A DNA stretch of 63,196 bases, counting the filler, from Octopus bimaculoides (lineage: Eukaryota), in NCBI RefSeq assembly GCF_001194135.2. It is 6 parts of 5 records of this genome, joined end to end, with 100 filler letters (N's around TTAATTAATTAA, not from the genome) between each part and the next. Parts side by side here need not be neighbours in the genome. Positions count along the whole stretch, not along the records: positions 38,693 to 51,258 come from NC_068994.1; positions 51,359 to 55,397 come from NC_068991.1; positions 55,498 to 63,196 come from NC_068982.1; 3 more parts are not named here. One strand, 5' to 3'. The notes under the pieces were generated by a model that had not been told where the DNA came from, did no database searches, and worked only from the letters and a program-made list of their open reading frames with translations. Within the stretch, counting starts at the first letter, position 1, and each line of letters opens with the position of its first letter. The translations under genes and the position numbers were made by a program. Shown here one piece after another: positions 49,761 through 60,571 of the stretch.

Positions 49761-50820
49761 CAGCAAATCACCACATCTGCTTTGCTTTTATATTTTTATA
49801 CTTTTGTTCTTCTTGTTGTTATTCATGACGGTGGAGGTAGTGGTAGCTGTAGTAGCTATGGGTACCCATGATAGCCATGGTAGCAGTAGTAACAGTAATA
49901 GTGGTAGTAGCAGCAGCATTTCCAAATCAGTTCTGATCAAGTAGGACCAGTTGTTCTCGACCAGGATCCATATAAGATTTTTGGGATCCACGCAAGCAAA
50001 ATCATAAATTGAGGATCTACAGCAACATTTCAAGAATCCATGAATAAATTTTGCTTTCAATGTTTTTATTGCAAGAAACAGCTAGGTTTCTTTCTCCAAC
50101 ATTTTACACGGTTCAACATGTTTCCAACCACTGAAACATGTTCTCTTAGAGAATCTTATTGCAAATCTACATAAGTGAACATATGTAAAACAGAATATGA
50201 ATTTTGAAAGAAACATCTATAGAACTAGATTTTAAATATCGAATGGCTGTAGGGGTCCACCAGAGTAAAATAGCTATCAAAGGGCTTCATAGGTAAAAGA
50301 TAGTTGAGAACCACTGAAGTAGACCTTTGACCACAAGACATTCAAGTTGTGATCTTGTCTTTTTACGGGTACATAAGACCGTATTATCTATATCCTTTCT
50401 TTATGTAAGACTGCAGTAGGTTATTTATGTAAGATTTGGCTGTTATTTCTAACAGATCAAACAACCGACCTGATGGAGGCTTCTTTATTTGTTCAAGATC
50501 TTTCGTGGAATGAAGTTAAATTTTCCCTTAGCTCAGACAGAAGTCCATGCTAAGTAATATCTAAATAAACATGTTGCTAAATTCACAACTAGATAAACTG
50601 AAAAAAAAATATATAAATAAATATAATTTTCCTGCTCAGGATAATTGCAAACCAGAATGAATATTTAATTTCTAGTTTGAAATCATTGCAAAATTATGTA
50701 TTAAAACTGAATAAAGTGCCAAAAGACCAATAATTTAAAACATCAAAGCAAGCCAGACCATAAATTCAGATTATACTATTAATAAAATTCTAATTGTAAA
50801 CTGTTTATGGATATTTTCTG

Positions 50821-50975
50821 CAGGCATAGCTGTGTGACTAAGAAGCTCATATTTGTAACCGAGTGGTTTTGAGTTCAACTCCACTGTGCAGCAGTGTCTT
50901 TTACTACAGCCAAGGGCCAGCGAATGCTTTTTTGAGTGAATTTGGTAAATGGAAATGATGTGAACCCCATTGTGT
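50821..50975 (+). mobile_element. SINE family B, 5' half, decayed
   Basis: CAGGCATAGCTGTGTGACTAAGAAGC...GAGTTCAACTCCACTG...GTGTCTTTTACTACAGCC. Confidence 0.7.
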
Positions 50976-50993
50976 GTATATTATATATATATA

Positions 50994-51028
<35 letters not shown>

Positions 51029-51084
51029 TTATATATATATGCATGCACAATTTGCTAGCACCGTCGAATTTACAACTAGAATAT

Positions 51085-51139
51085 CATACCGATGAAGGAA
51101 ATGGAGTGTTATTGCTCCTAATCCAGAAACGCGTCTATG
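51085..51139 (+). ncRNA. Minimal type I hammerhead ribozyme motif, different family (CCGAUGA core)
   Basis: CATA-CCGATGA-AGGA aat GGAG tgttattg CTCC taa TCCA-GAAA-CGCGTC^TATG: stem I CATA/TATG, extended stem II, palindromic stem III ACGCGT, GUC triplet. Confidence 0.72.
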
Positions 51140-51258
51140 ATTAACTTCGACTGGTTAGTTTTCATTGTTTTTTCTTCTTGTTTTGCCTTTGTGAGTTACA
51201 AGTAATGCTATCTGTTGGAGTCTCAGCTTTTTAGCTGCTGTTTCTGAACTTTGGTATG

Positions 51259-51358
51259 NNNNNNNNNNNNNNNNNNNNNNNNNNNNNNNNNNNNNNNNNN
51301 NNTTAATTAATTAANNNNNNNNNNNNNNNNNNNNNNNNNNNNNNNNNNNNNNNNNNNN
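51259..51358. other. Artificial scaffold-join spacer
   Basis: 44 N + TTAATTAATTAA (51303-51314) + 44 N. Confidence 0.95.
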
Positions 51359-51488
51359 CATGCACACATTCAGACACACACTTTCACAAGCACATAGTAA
51401 TATATAGTCATATACACAACCTTTCCAACTTACTCAGAATGAAAAATGTCATACGAGCACTCACTTCGTCACATACACACGGACACAC

Positions 51489-51522
<34 letters not shown>

Positions 51523-52472
51523 CACACACACACTTACACAAACACGTACCCAGACACACACACACATTCGTTTCTCCCACAAGAGTCGCTGACATAATCA
51601 GATCCAAGCACTATACATCCACATCTGTCTCTTATATATCAATGAAGCCGGTCTAGATCTATTTTCCCATTCTCAGAGTAATTCTTTACGGTCTTATTAG
51701 GCTTCTCGCAGCACCTGACACAACGCTATCCTCTCCCCCAGCCCAACCCAATCACCGCCACGACGACAATCCTTGCTAGCAACCACCTCCAACAACAACA
51801 ACGACAACAACGGTAGCATAATCATCATAAGCATCACAATCATTATCAAAGAGAAAATATCATTATCATATGAAATGCTACACCACCAGCACCACTACCA
51901 TGATGGAGTTTCATTCTACGTGGTCAATTGATCTGCTAGAAATAGCTATCAAATCATCCTCATATCACAGCTTAAATTCTCAGAACGATAAAGAAAAAAA
52001 CTGAAATGCAAACTTGCACAACGCACACCTTATGGTATGTTTGAAAAAAAAAGTATTAACGGCATAGTCACAGCTGGAATGCTACGATCAATGAAGGAGC
52101 TTTTCCTTCACGCTCACTCCAGCCGCTAGAAATAGAAGCCAAATCTATTAAGTAGAAGTAATTACCGACAGCTGTGTGCTACCCTTTCCCCTCTACCCGT
52201 CACATCCTCAATGTTCCATAACTTCGAAAGCTCTTTTTAGGTCTGCAACTACAAAGGCACCTGAAACAGCAAAGGCATGCTACATCCTATGAAGTCAGCC
52301 TTGATTCTAAATAACGATATATTCCCTCACTCGAAAGACGTGTCACCATTTAAAATCATTCATAATTCTATCACTCTAAAGCACTTTTGAAGGGAATACC
52401 TTACAAAGAGTAGTTAAGGTGTTACCCCCAGGAACAGGCATTAGTTTTATTACAGCGTGTCTATATAAATAT

Positions 52473-52507
<35 letters not shown>

Positions 52508-52750
52508 CATCTTCGAAACGCCAAGTTTAGAATGGAGGCAGCTGATGAAGGAAAAGTTCCATAAGTGGCTCGTCTGTTTTTCTATGTGTTCATTCTGTTG
52601 TCTGAAAAAAAAGGCCGTTTTTGTGCTTTATGTTCCCGTTCCTTTTCTGACGTCCTGTACCCGAATATGCACCTATATATACATGTAGATGTAGGTATGT
52701 ACATATGTGTATATATACATGCATACGCTCACGTATCATTTGTATTATAC

Positions 52751-52792
<42 letters not shown>

Positions 52793-52802
52793 NNNNNNNN
52801 NN

Positions 52803-52844
<42 letters not shown>

Positions 52845-53099
52845 CAAAAATATTTAGAAGCAAATATTTATAGAGATATTAATATTTTTATTATCGAAGG
52901 CAATACAAATAGTTTATAATAACAATAATATTTATATAGGTGGTTGCAGGCCTAAATCTGCATTATATAGCAATAGAATTAAAATTACATTCATCAAAGG
53001 ACACAGTAAAACCCTTATTTGGACCACCAAAAAATATTTAACTCTTATTTCTAGCGGGTTCACACTTTAATGTGTCCTTTGATTAATGTAATATATATA

Positions 53100-53430
53100 T
53101 ATTCTTTTATTTTTTATTCTTTTATTTGTTTCAGTCATTAGAATGCGGCCATGCTGGAGCACCGCCTTTAGTCGAACAAATCGAACCCAGGACTTATTTT
53201 TTGTTCTATCGGTGTCTTTTGCCGAACAGCTAGCTGGTCTTCGGGGACGTAAATACACCAACATCGGTTGTCAAGTGATGGTGGGGACAAACAAACACAG
53301 ACACACACGCACACACACACACGCACACACAGCTATAGTGGAAGACACTCGCCGAAGGTGTTACGCAGTGGGACTGAACCCACTGTGTTTGGTAAGCAAG
53401 CTACTTACCACACAGCTACTCCTGGCCTAT
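53100..53430 (-). mobile_element. SINE family B, near full length
   Basis: Reverse-strand head at 53430, internal (CA)n, tail GGCGGTGCTCCAGCATGGCCGC and A-rich end. Confidence 0.85.
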
Positions 53431-53882
53431 ATANNNNNNNNNNNNNNNNNNNNNNNNNNNNNNNNNNNNNNNNNNNNNNNNNNNNNNNNNNNNNNNNNNN
53501 NNNNNNNNNNNNNNNNNNNNNNNNNNNNNNNNNNNNNNNNNNNNNNNNNNNNNNNNNNNNNNNNNNNNNNNNNNNNNNNNNNNNNNNNNNNNNNNNNNNN
53601 NNNNNNNNNNNNNNNNNNNNNNNNNNNNNNNNNNNNNNNNNNNNNNNNNNNNNNNNNNNNNNNNNNNNNNNNNNNNNNNNNNNNNNNNNNNNNNNNNNNN
53701 NNNNNNNNNNNNNNNNNNNNNNNNNNNNNNNNNNNNNNNNNNNNNNNNNNNNNNNNNNNNNNNNNNNNNNNNNNNNNNNNNNNNNNNNNNNNNNNNNNNN
53801 NNNNNNNNNNNNNNNNNNNNNNNNNNNNNNNNNNNNNNNNNNNNNNNNNNNNNNNNNNNNNNNNNNNNNNNNNNNNNNNNNN

Positions 53883-54238
53883 GGGCAGCGTCATAGGATC
53901 ACGGTTTCGATTCCCAGACCGGGCGTTGTGAGTTTTTATTGAGCGAAAAACACCTAAAGCTCCACGAGGCTCCGGCAGGGGATGGTGGCGAACCCTGCTG
54001 TACTCTTTCACCACAATTTTCTCTCGCTCTTTCTTCCTGTTTCTGTTGTACAAGGGCCAGTCTTGTCACATTCTGTGTCATGCTGAATCTCCCCGAGAAC
54101 TACGTTAAGGGTCAACGTGTCTGTGGAGTGCTCAGCCACTTGCATGTTAATTTCACGAGCAGGCTATTCCATTGATCGGATCAACTGGAACCCTCGACGT
54201 CGTAAGCGACGGAGTGCCAACAACAACAACAACAACAA
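53883..54238 (+). mobile_element. SINE family A with (CAA)n tail
   Basis: Homologous to 1183-1557 in the opposite orientation; ends GACGGAGTGC(CAA)6; head cut by an N gap. Confidence 0.9.
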
Positions 54239-54716
54239 TCAGGGCTACAATAATTAGGATCTACAAACGTGCGTTTATATATCAACACACACATCCTTGC
54301 GTCCACATATCTTTACTAATTAGTATGAATCTAATCTTTCTCTAATTTTACTGTTTTTTCCTCACATTGCAGTAAATTTCTTAAATCTATATCCGGTCTT
54401 TACCTTGGATTGGAATATATTATTCAACTCAATCATTTTTTTTTTCTTTTTTCTTTTTTTTTTTCGATTTCAAAGTACATCTGTTAACTTACACACTTCT
54501 GCTATGGATCATCTTCGCTTTTTAACAATCAAAGAATTTGCCTGCTGAAATAAAACATACACCAATGGACTTTAAAGGATTTTATTAAGTCTATGCCTTC
54601 ATTAATCCATTAATTCTTTAATCATGGAATTACATAATGCAGTTGCCTCTCATTCTAACTAATGAATACTGATATCCTCAATTAAGGATCTGTCTTTCTA
54701 TACTGTTTTACCTCGA

Positions 54717-54799
54717 TCTTCCCGATGACGAGATATTTGGATTACGTGAATTTCCTTCACATTAGCAAGATTCACTTGCTCAGAAACAGCTGTAAGAGA
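54717..54799 (+). ncRNA. Hammerhead-like motif with long stem II insert (CCGAUGA core)
   Basis: TCTTC-CCGATGA-CGAG...(about 46 nt with hairpins GTGAA/TTCAC and AGCAAG/CTTGCT)...CTCA-GAAA-CAGCTGTA^AGAGA; palindromic stem III; weak stem I. Confidence 0.55.
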
Positions 54800-54914
54800 C
54801 TTTACATCCGTACGTCGAAATTCAACGGCAAGACAGCGTGATGGAAGAGCCAAGCAAGAGATTCCTTGTTTTTTATATCATTTGTACAAGAGACGCAAAA
54901 GACAAATTCTGACA

Positions 54915-55048
54915 GCCAAGACCAAGGTTGACTTTGCTTTTCTTCCATTCGGTTGATAAAGCAAGTACCAGTTAAATACTGGGGTCGATATAATCGACTT
55001 ACTCCTCCTCTAAGAAACTGTTGGCTCTGTGCCAAAATTTGAAACCAA
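54915..55048 (+). mobile_element. SINE family C, 3' half
   Basis: GGTTGACTTTGC...GTTGATAAAGCAAGTACCAG...GGGGTCGATATAATCGAC...GTGCCAAAATTTGAAACC. Confidence 0.7.
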
Positions 55049-55144
55049 TATTTTAAGTATATTTAAAATGCTGTATGTGTATTTTGCATATGTCGGTGCA
55101 TGTAGATACGTTTTTACACCCATATACATGCAAACATATATATA

Positions 55145-55305
55145 TATAGGCATGGTTGTGTGGCACGAAGCTTGCTTCCTAACCACATGGTTGTGGGTTC
55201 AGTCCCACTGCGTGGCAACTTGGACAAGTATCTTTTAGTATAAGCTTGGGCCAACCAAAGCCTTACGGGTGGGTATAGTAGACAGAAACTGAAAGAAAAC
55301 TGCCA
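55145..55305 (+). mobile_element. SINE family B, 5' half
   Basis: GGGCATGGTTGTGTGG...GGGTTCAGTCCCACTGCGTGG...GACAGAAACTGAAAGAA, followed by (CA)n. Confidence 0.8.
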
Positions 55306-55329
55306 TACACACACACACACACACACACG

Positions 55330-55397
<68 letters not shown>

Positions 55398-55497
55398 NNN
55401 NNNNNNNNNNNNNNNNNNNNNNNNNNNNNNNNNNNNNNNNNTTAATTAATTAANNNNNNNNNNNNNNNNNNNNNNNNNNNNNNNNNNNNNNNNNNNN
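55398..55497. other. Artificial scaffold-join spacer
   Basis: 44 N + TTAATTAATTAA (55442-55453) + 44 N. Confidence 0.95.
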
Positions 55498-55514
55498 TAT
55501 ATATATATATATAT

Positions 55515-55712
55515 ATGAGATGCGACTTCACAGGTGTCAAGCTGTATCAGCCTTTGCCTTTCCCTCGGATAACATCGGTGGTGTAGAAAGAGGAGACTGG
55601 TATGCATGGACAACTGCTGGTCTTCCATAAGCAACTTTGCCTGAACCTGTGCCTCGGAGGGTAACTTTCTAGGTTCAATCCCATGGCCATTCATGATCGG
55701 AGGGGTTCTTTA
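55515..55712 (+). mobile_element. Interspersed repeat 3' tail (SINE/LINE-like)
   Basis: Recognised from memory as an abundant octopus repeat end (...GGAGGGTAACTTTCTAGGT...CATTCATGATCGGAGGGG); single copy in this window. Confidence 0.45.
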
Positions 55713-55940
55713 CATCACTACAAAAAAATTAATACCTTATACATACAAAAGTATCTACCTGTTACCATCCCGCATCTCTGTACTCCATCACTAATTATGA
55801 ATTACTAATTACTAAACCATTCAATAATGACTTTACGTGGTCACTCAACTTGCTAAAAGAAGCAACCTAATCTTTCTTTACACCATCTTAGAGAAGGACA
55901 CGTTGGAAAATGTGATACTATGTTCGCTGTATCTATATTT

Positions 55941-56327
55941 GTTGTTGCTGGCACTCCGTCGCTTACGACGTCGAGGGTTCCAGTTGATCCGATCAACGGA
56001 ACAGCCTGATCGTGAAATTAACGTGCAAGTGGCTGAGCACTCCACAGACACGTGTATCCTTAACGTAGTTCTCGGGGATATTCAGCGTGACACAGTGTGA
56101 CAAGGCTGGCCCTTTGAAATACAGGTACAACAGAAACAGGAAGAAAAAGTGAGAGAAAGTTGTGGTGAAAGAGTATAGTAGGGTTCACCACCACCCCTTG
56201 CCGGAGCCTTGTGGAGCTTTAGGTGTTTTCGCTCAATAAACACTCACAACGCCCGGTCTGGGAATCGAAACCACGATCCTATGACCGCGAGTCCGCTGCC
56301 CTAACCACTGGGCCATTGCGCCTCCAC
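55941..56327 (-). mobile_element. SINE family A, full length, young
   Basis: Head GTGGAGGCGCAATGGCCCAGTGGTTAGGGCAGCGG with B box GGTTTCGATTCCC; (CAA)-type tail; very similar to the other three copies. Confidence 0.92.
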
Positions 56328-56762
56328 GTATCTGTATAAAAGTAATACAAAAAGACAGGATGGTAACAGCTGAAATACATTTGATCATAACTGTGCTCGA
56401 TCTAGATTGACCGAGAGCTAAATAACAACAGCATCAGCAACGTTCTACGATGCCATCAGGGAGCCTGTACTCGTTAAATTAATCTGTAAGAAATTGAAGC
56501 CAAATTTTCCTTCGTACTACATCCTGCTGTCATAACAGAAACACATTGGATAATTTATTCAAGAGTACTCGTACATTATACGTGAATAAAGACGTGATGG
56601 CCATACCCGGAATGTCTTTGAACGTAATACTTCTGGATTAGAGCTAAATAAGGACATAAAATAAATTTAATTGCAGCAGCTGTATCGCATATCTGTAAGT
56701 TCTTAGACTGACTGAATCAATAAAACGTTGGATAGATTATTTTTTGCAGTGTTTGTTCCGAC

Positions 56763-56960
56763 GAGGTGGGATGGCATAGTGGTTAGTGTGATGCGCTCAC
56801 GATTGCAAGATCGTGGTTTCAGTTCCTGGATCGGGTGTTGCGTTGTGTTCTTGAGCAGAACACTGTAGCTCACGTTGTTCTATGACTACTTCAACACTTG
56901 CCGCTTGGTACACTGTGCGCAACTGTTCAAGAAATGCCGATTTGATGGAATGAGTGAGCA
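56763..56960 (+). mobile_element. tRNA-derived SINE (same family as 21212)
   Basis: A box TGGCATAGTGG, B-box-like GGTTTCAGTTCC, then GTTGTGTTCTTGAGCAGAACACT. Confidence 0.65.
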
Positions 56961-57261
56961 TAAACATTTGATCATTATAAAAATAAATCGTTTGTAGTAC
57001 AAGTCGTTCAGCAAGAAATTGCAGAAGTCTTTCTCGGACTACGAAAGCCTACCACCATTTATTCCGGCTATCTGGGTCCTCTCCCCACCTTCTTTCTTTC
57101 TCTCTTTTATTTCTCTCTGGCGCGCATCTGCAATTTAAACTTCCAGCCTTGTTACAACATTCTAACGATGATTGGGTCTGAGGATTACGATAAAGATATA
57201 TGTTCCATGTGGTTATGAACGGCTCAGCTATTTCCACTCAAATAACATTTCAGTTGGTCTA

Positions 57262-57465
57262 AGGCAGCAAGCTACCAGAATCGTTAGCTCATCGGGCAAA
57301 CTGTTGAGCAGCATTTCGTCCATCTTTACGTTCTAAGCTCAAATTCCGCCGAGGTCGACTTTACCTTCCATCCTTTCGGGATTGATGAAATTAGCACTAG
57401 TTGAGTACTTGGGTCAATGTAACTGACTAGACCCCTTCTCCGAACTTACTGACCTTGTGCCAAAA
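57262..57465 (+). mobile_element. SINE family C
   Basis: Head AGGCAGCAAGCTACCAGAATCGTTAGC; core AAATTCCGCCGAGGTCGACTTT...CATCCTTTCGGG. Confidence 0.8.
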
Positions 57466-57794
57466 TTTGAACTCAATATTTCAGTTGGCCAAACAATTAA
57501 ATGCTCGTAGTCGAGACAGACGGAGAAACCACAACTATTATCCTTTTATTATTGTTATTGTAATTGACTTTTATCCCCAAGTTTACCCTAACAGATCAGG
57601 TTCCCTATCAAACGTAAGCCATGTTTTTTTTCATGCAAAACGTATTTAAAACTAATGTTTCCTTTCTTTTAAGCTGACAGGTTGCATTTTGAGGAATGCT
57701 TAAATTCTGGAAAGTTGTACGACTTTGTAGAAGATTCCATGTTGAGATGATAGTATGGCATTATAAAGTTCTTGAAGACTCCAGTCCTCCACCC

Positions 57795-58285
57795 CCATTC
57801 ACTGCCAATATTGCTGAGTTTGACAACTTAATGTTTCTGATCACCATTAAGAAATCCACTGATACTGGTATGGTTGATGACAAATTGTGACTCACAACCA
57901 TTACAAAATCCACTGTGATTGGTACCAGAGTGTGACTGATAGCAGAGTGTAATTGATCGCAATTACAAAATCCGACGATACTGGTGTGATTAATGACGGA
58001 TTGTGACTCAAAGCCGTTACAAAATTCACTAAGACTGGTCTGATTAATAGTACATTGGAATTGACCACAATTACAAAATCCACTGATGCTAGAGTGATTG
58101 ATGACGGACCGTGACTCACACCAATGACAAAATCCATTGAGACTAGTGTGATTGATATCACATCGTAATTGACCGCCATTAAAAAATCCACTGAAACTGG
58201 TTTGGCTGATAACATGTTGCTACTGGCAACCATTTAGAAATCCAAGACTAGTGTGATTAATGATACATTGTGACTCATCATACTG
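57795..58285. repeat. Degenerate 54-bp tandem repeat with alternating A/B subunits
   Basis: AAATCC/AAATTC unit starts at 57852, 57906, 57968, 58022, 58076, 58130, 58184 and 58238 (54-bp period, one 62), plus a degenerate unit before. Confidence 0.9.
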
Positions 58286-58474
58286 TTACTGACCACCATG
58301 TCAAAGTGCCCGCATATTGCTTGTACTAAAGTCGCAATGACTCGATACTTTTATGCAATTTTAATGTAAATTTCCTTTATTGTCCAGTTGATATTTAACC
58401 TCTGGTCACTTGTGATCAAACAAATCTTCATTTATTGCTGCCACTTTCTTCATAATATTGGTCAATCATTATTT

Positions 58475-58680
58475 CTAACGTAGGCCTTGACTATAAATTT
58501 GGGGGAATAGGATTGGAGATTTAGCCGATTACATCGACCCCATTACAGACACCAGAGAGATGAAAGGCAAAGCTGACCTCGAGTGGGATGGGGGATTTGA
58601 ACTCAGAATGTAGCGAGCCGAAACAAATGTTTATTAGCATTTAGTTGGACGTTCTAACGAATCTAGCAATCCACTGCTCT
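58475..58680 (-). mobile_element. SINE family C, decayed
   Basis: GATTACATCGACCCC...GATGAAAGGCAAAGCTGACCTC...ATTTGAACTCAGAATGTAGCG. Confidence 0.75.
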
Positions 58681-59030
58681 TATGTTGGCAAATTATTGAA
58701 AGTAATTTTGGTGATAGTTAATATTTGATATTTGTTGAGAGTGAGTGAAAGGTATATCGGAGATGTATTTAGGATGACAGCAGTTTGCAAACAGCGGATG
58801 CAATAATTAGCAATGAATTTGGCGAAGGTCTCACTAGCAATCAACTAACACATTTTCTTGCGTAGGTTATTGTGTTGTATTGACATCTGTGAAAAGAACT
58901 ACAATATGTAATAACTGTTTTATGACACATGGAAACGAGAATGGTATGTTTGGGTGACTAAGAAATTTGCTTGACATACATGTGAATTCAAGTTCAATCC
59001 AACTGATCAGCATTACTGTGTTTATAGACA

Positions 59031-59235
59031 AGGTGGTGAGATGGCAGAGTCGTTAGCCCACCGGATAAAATGCTTAGTGGAATTTCTTCCGGCTTTACGT
59101 TATGAGTTCGAATTCCGCTGAAGTCAACTTTGCTTTTATACTTTCGAGGTCAATAAAATTAAGTAATAGTTCAGCACTGGGGTCAATGTAACCGATAAGG
59201 CCCCACCCCAAACTTTGAGGCCTTGTACTTAGAGT
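59031..59235 (+). mobile_element. SINE family C
   Basis: AGGTGGTGAGATGGCAGAGTCGTTAGC head; GAGTTCGAATTCCGCTG B box. Confidence 0.8.
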
Positions 59236-59702
59236 AACAAAAAAAACAAAACCCACATATGTTTAAATACACGAGCGCTTATGCGCGTAACGTTCAACGA
59301 TTTATACCTGCAAAGGATTTAAATACCGGAGAGAAACACTTTGTTTAATATTTGTTCTGCCAAGTTGTACAAACACTCCCTTGCTACCTACAAATGCAGC
59401 AAACCAGTAATTGACCAGTTGGAAACCTGTAAGCAACGATGGTATTGTTCACTGGTTCATATATAAATAAGTGATAAAAATTCATCTCTATGATTTCAGT
59501 ATCAACTGCATGACAAGTATTTTAATAAGTGATGTTCATCTAGATTCTTCTGAAAAACCTTTTGTTTAAAGGAGATAAGGAGTACTAGTTCTTCTATGCT
59601 TTGAGAATTGAACTTCTAGATTCTTCGTAGAACCTTGACATGCACTCGCACGAATTTTCAATTCTTTATTTGAATAAAGAAAAGGAAAAAAATTGATAAA
59701 TA

Positions 59703-59907
59703 TTCTTTTCTACTCTAGGAACAAGGCCAGAAATTCTTTTTTGGCGGGGTGGGAGTAGTCGAGCCCAGTACGCAACTCGTACTTAATTTATTGAATCCGA
59801 AAGGCAAAGACGATCTCGGTGGAATTTGAACTCAGAACAAACAAACAAACGAAATAACGCTAAGAATTTCGCACGGCGTGCTAACGTTTCTGCCAGCTTG
59901 CCACCTT
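59703..59907 (-). mobile_element. SINE family C
   Basis: CCCAGTACGCAACT...GGAATTTGAACTCAGAAC...CGGCGTGCTAACGTTTCTGCCAGCTTGCCACC. Confidence 0.8.
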
Positions 59908-60192
59908 AAAAACTGATAAATATTCAAAGTCTTATATTAGTTTTTACGAATTAGTAAAACGATGAAGGACATTGTTAACGGACTTTGCAGACTTTTTCTG
60001 ACTAAATAAACTAACAGAGTCGATGTTTAGTTTCAAATCTGCAGGGAAATCGTAAACAACAATGATTTCATGTGAGTTAGTGGCCCTGGGAGGAAGAAAA
60101 AATTAGTGTATGATCTGTTGTGACGAAACACAATAGGTATAAGTAGAGAAGAGGCGGGCATTAAAAAGGCTTGAGTGCAGGTGATATATATC

Positions 60193-60571
60193 TTGAGAGC
60201 ACCCAGAGAGCGTAAACCTCCGCCAAGGCAACATTAACATCTTCTCAACGATTAGCCAGAGATGATTTTTAAAACGAGAATATCTTAAATAAACTCGACT
60301 GCTCTCACAAGCGAGAATACTAAAAATGAACCCGACTGCTCTCAAAAATTAAGTAAAAAAAAACAAGAAAAATAATCCAGAATCCTTGTCCTGCACTAGA
60401 TCGATCCCAAAATCTAATCAGTTCGTGCCAGTCACGAGACCAACATCCCTGAAAATTTCATCCAAATTCATCCAGCGGTTCTTGAGATATCTTGTCCACG
60501 GACAAACAAAGAAAGAAACAAACAAACACGACTGAAAACAATACCTCCGTCTTCGCTAAGGCGGCGGTAAT
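60193..60571 (+). mobile_element. Non-autonomous Helentron/DINE-like element
   Basis: 5' subterminal CCTCCGCCAAGG (60217-60228), internal (CAAA)n, 3' hairpin ACCTCCGTCTT-cgct-AAGGCGGCGGT ending at GGTAAT. Confidence 0.65.

Noticed and set aside
52535-52575. Hammerhead at CTGATGA-AGGAAAAGTTCC
   Set aside because: Only the first half of the core is present; GAAA and stem III are missing. At most a dead Penelope-terminus relic.
56250-56327. tRNA gene
   Set aside because: A and B boxes are present, but there is no complete cloverleaf or acceptor stem and it continues into a multi-copy SINE body.
57795-58285. CRISPR array
   Set aside because: Whole units are homologous, with no invariant repeat plus unique spacer structure, no cas genes and a eukaryotic context.
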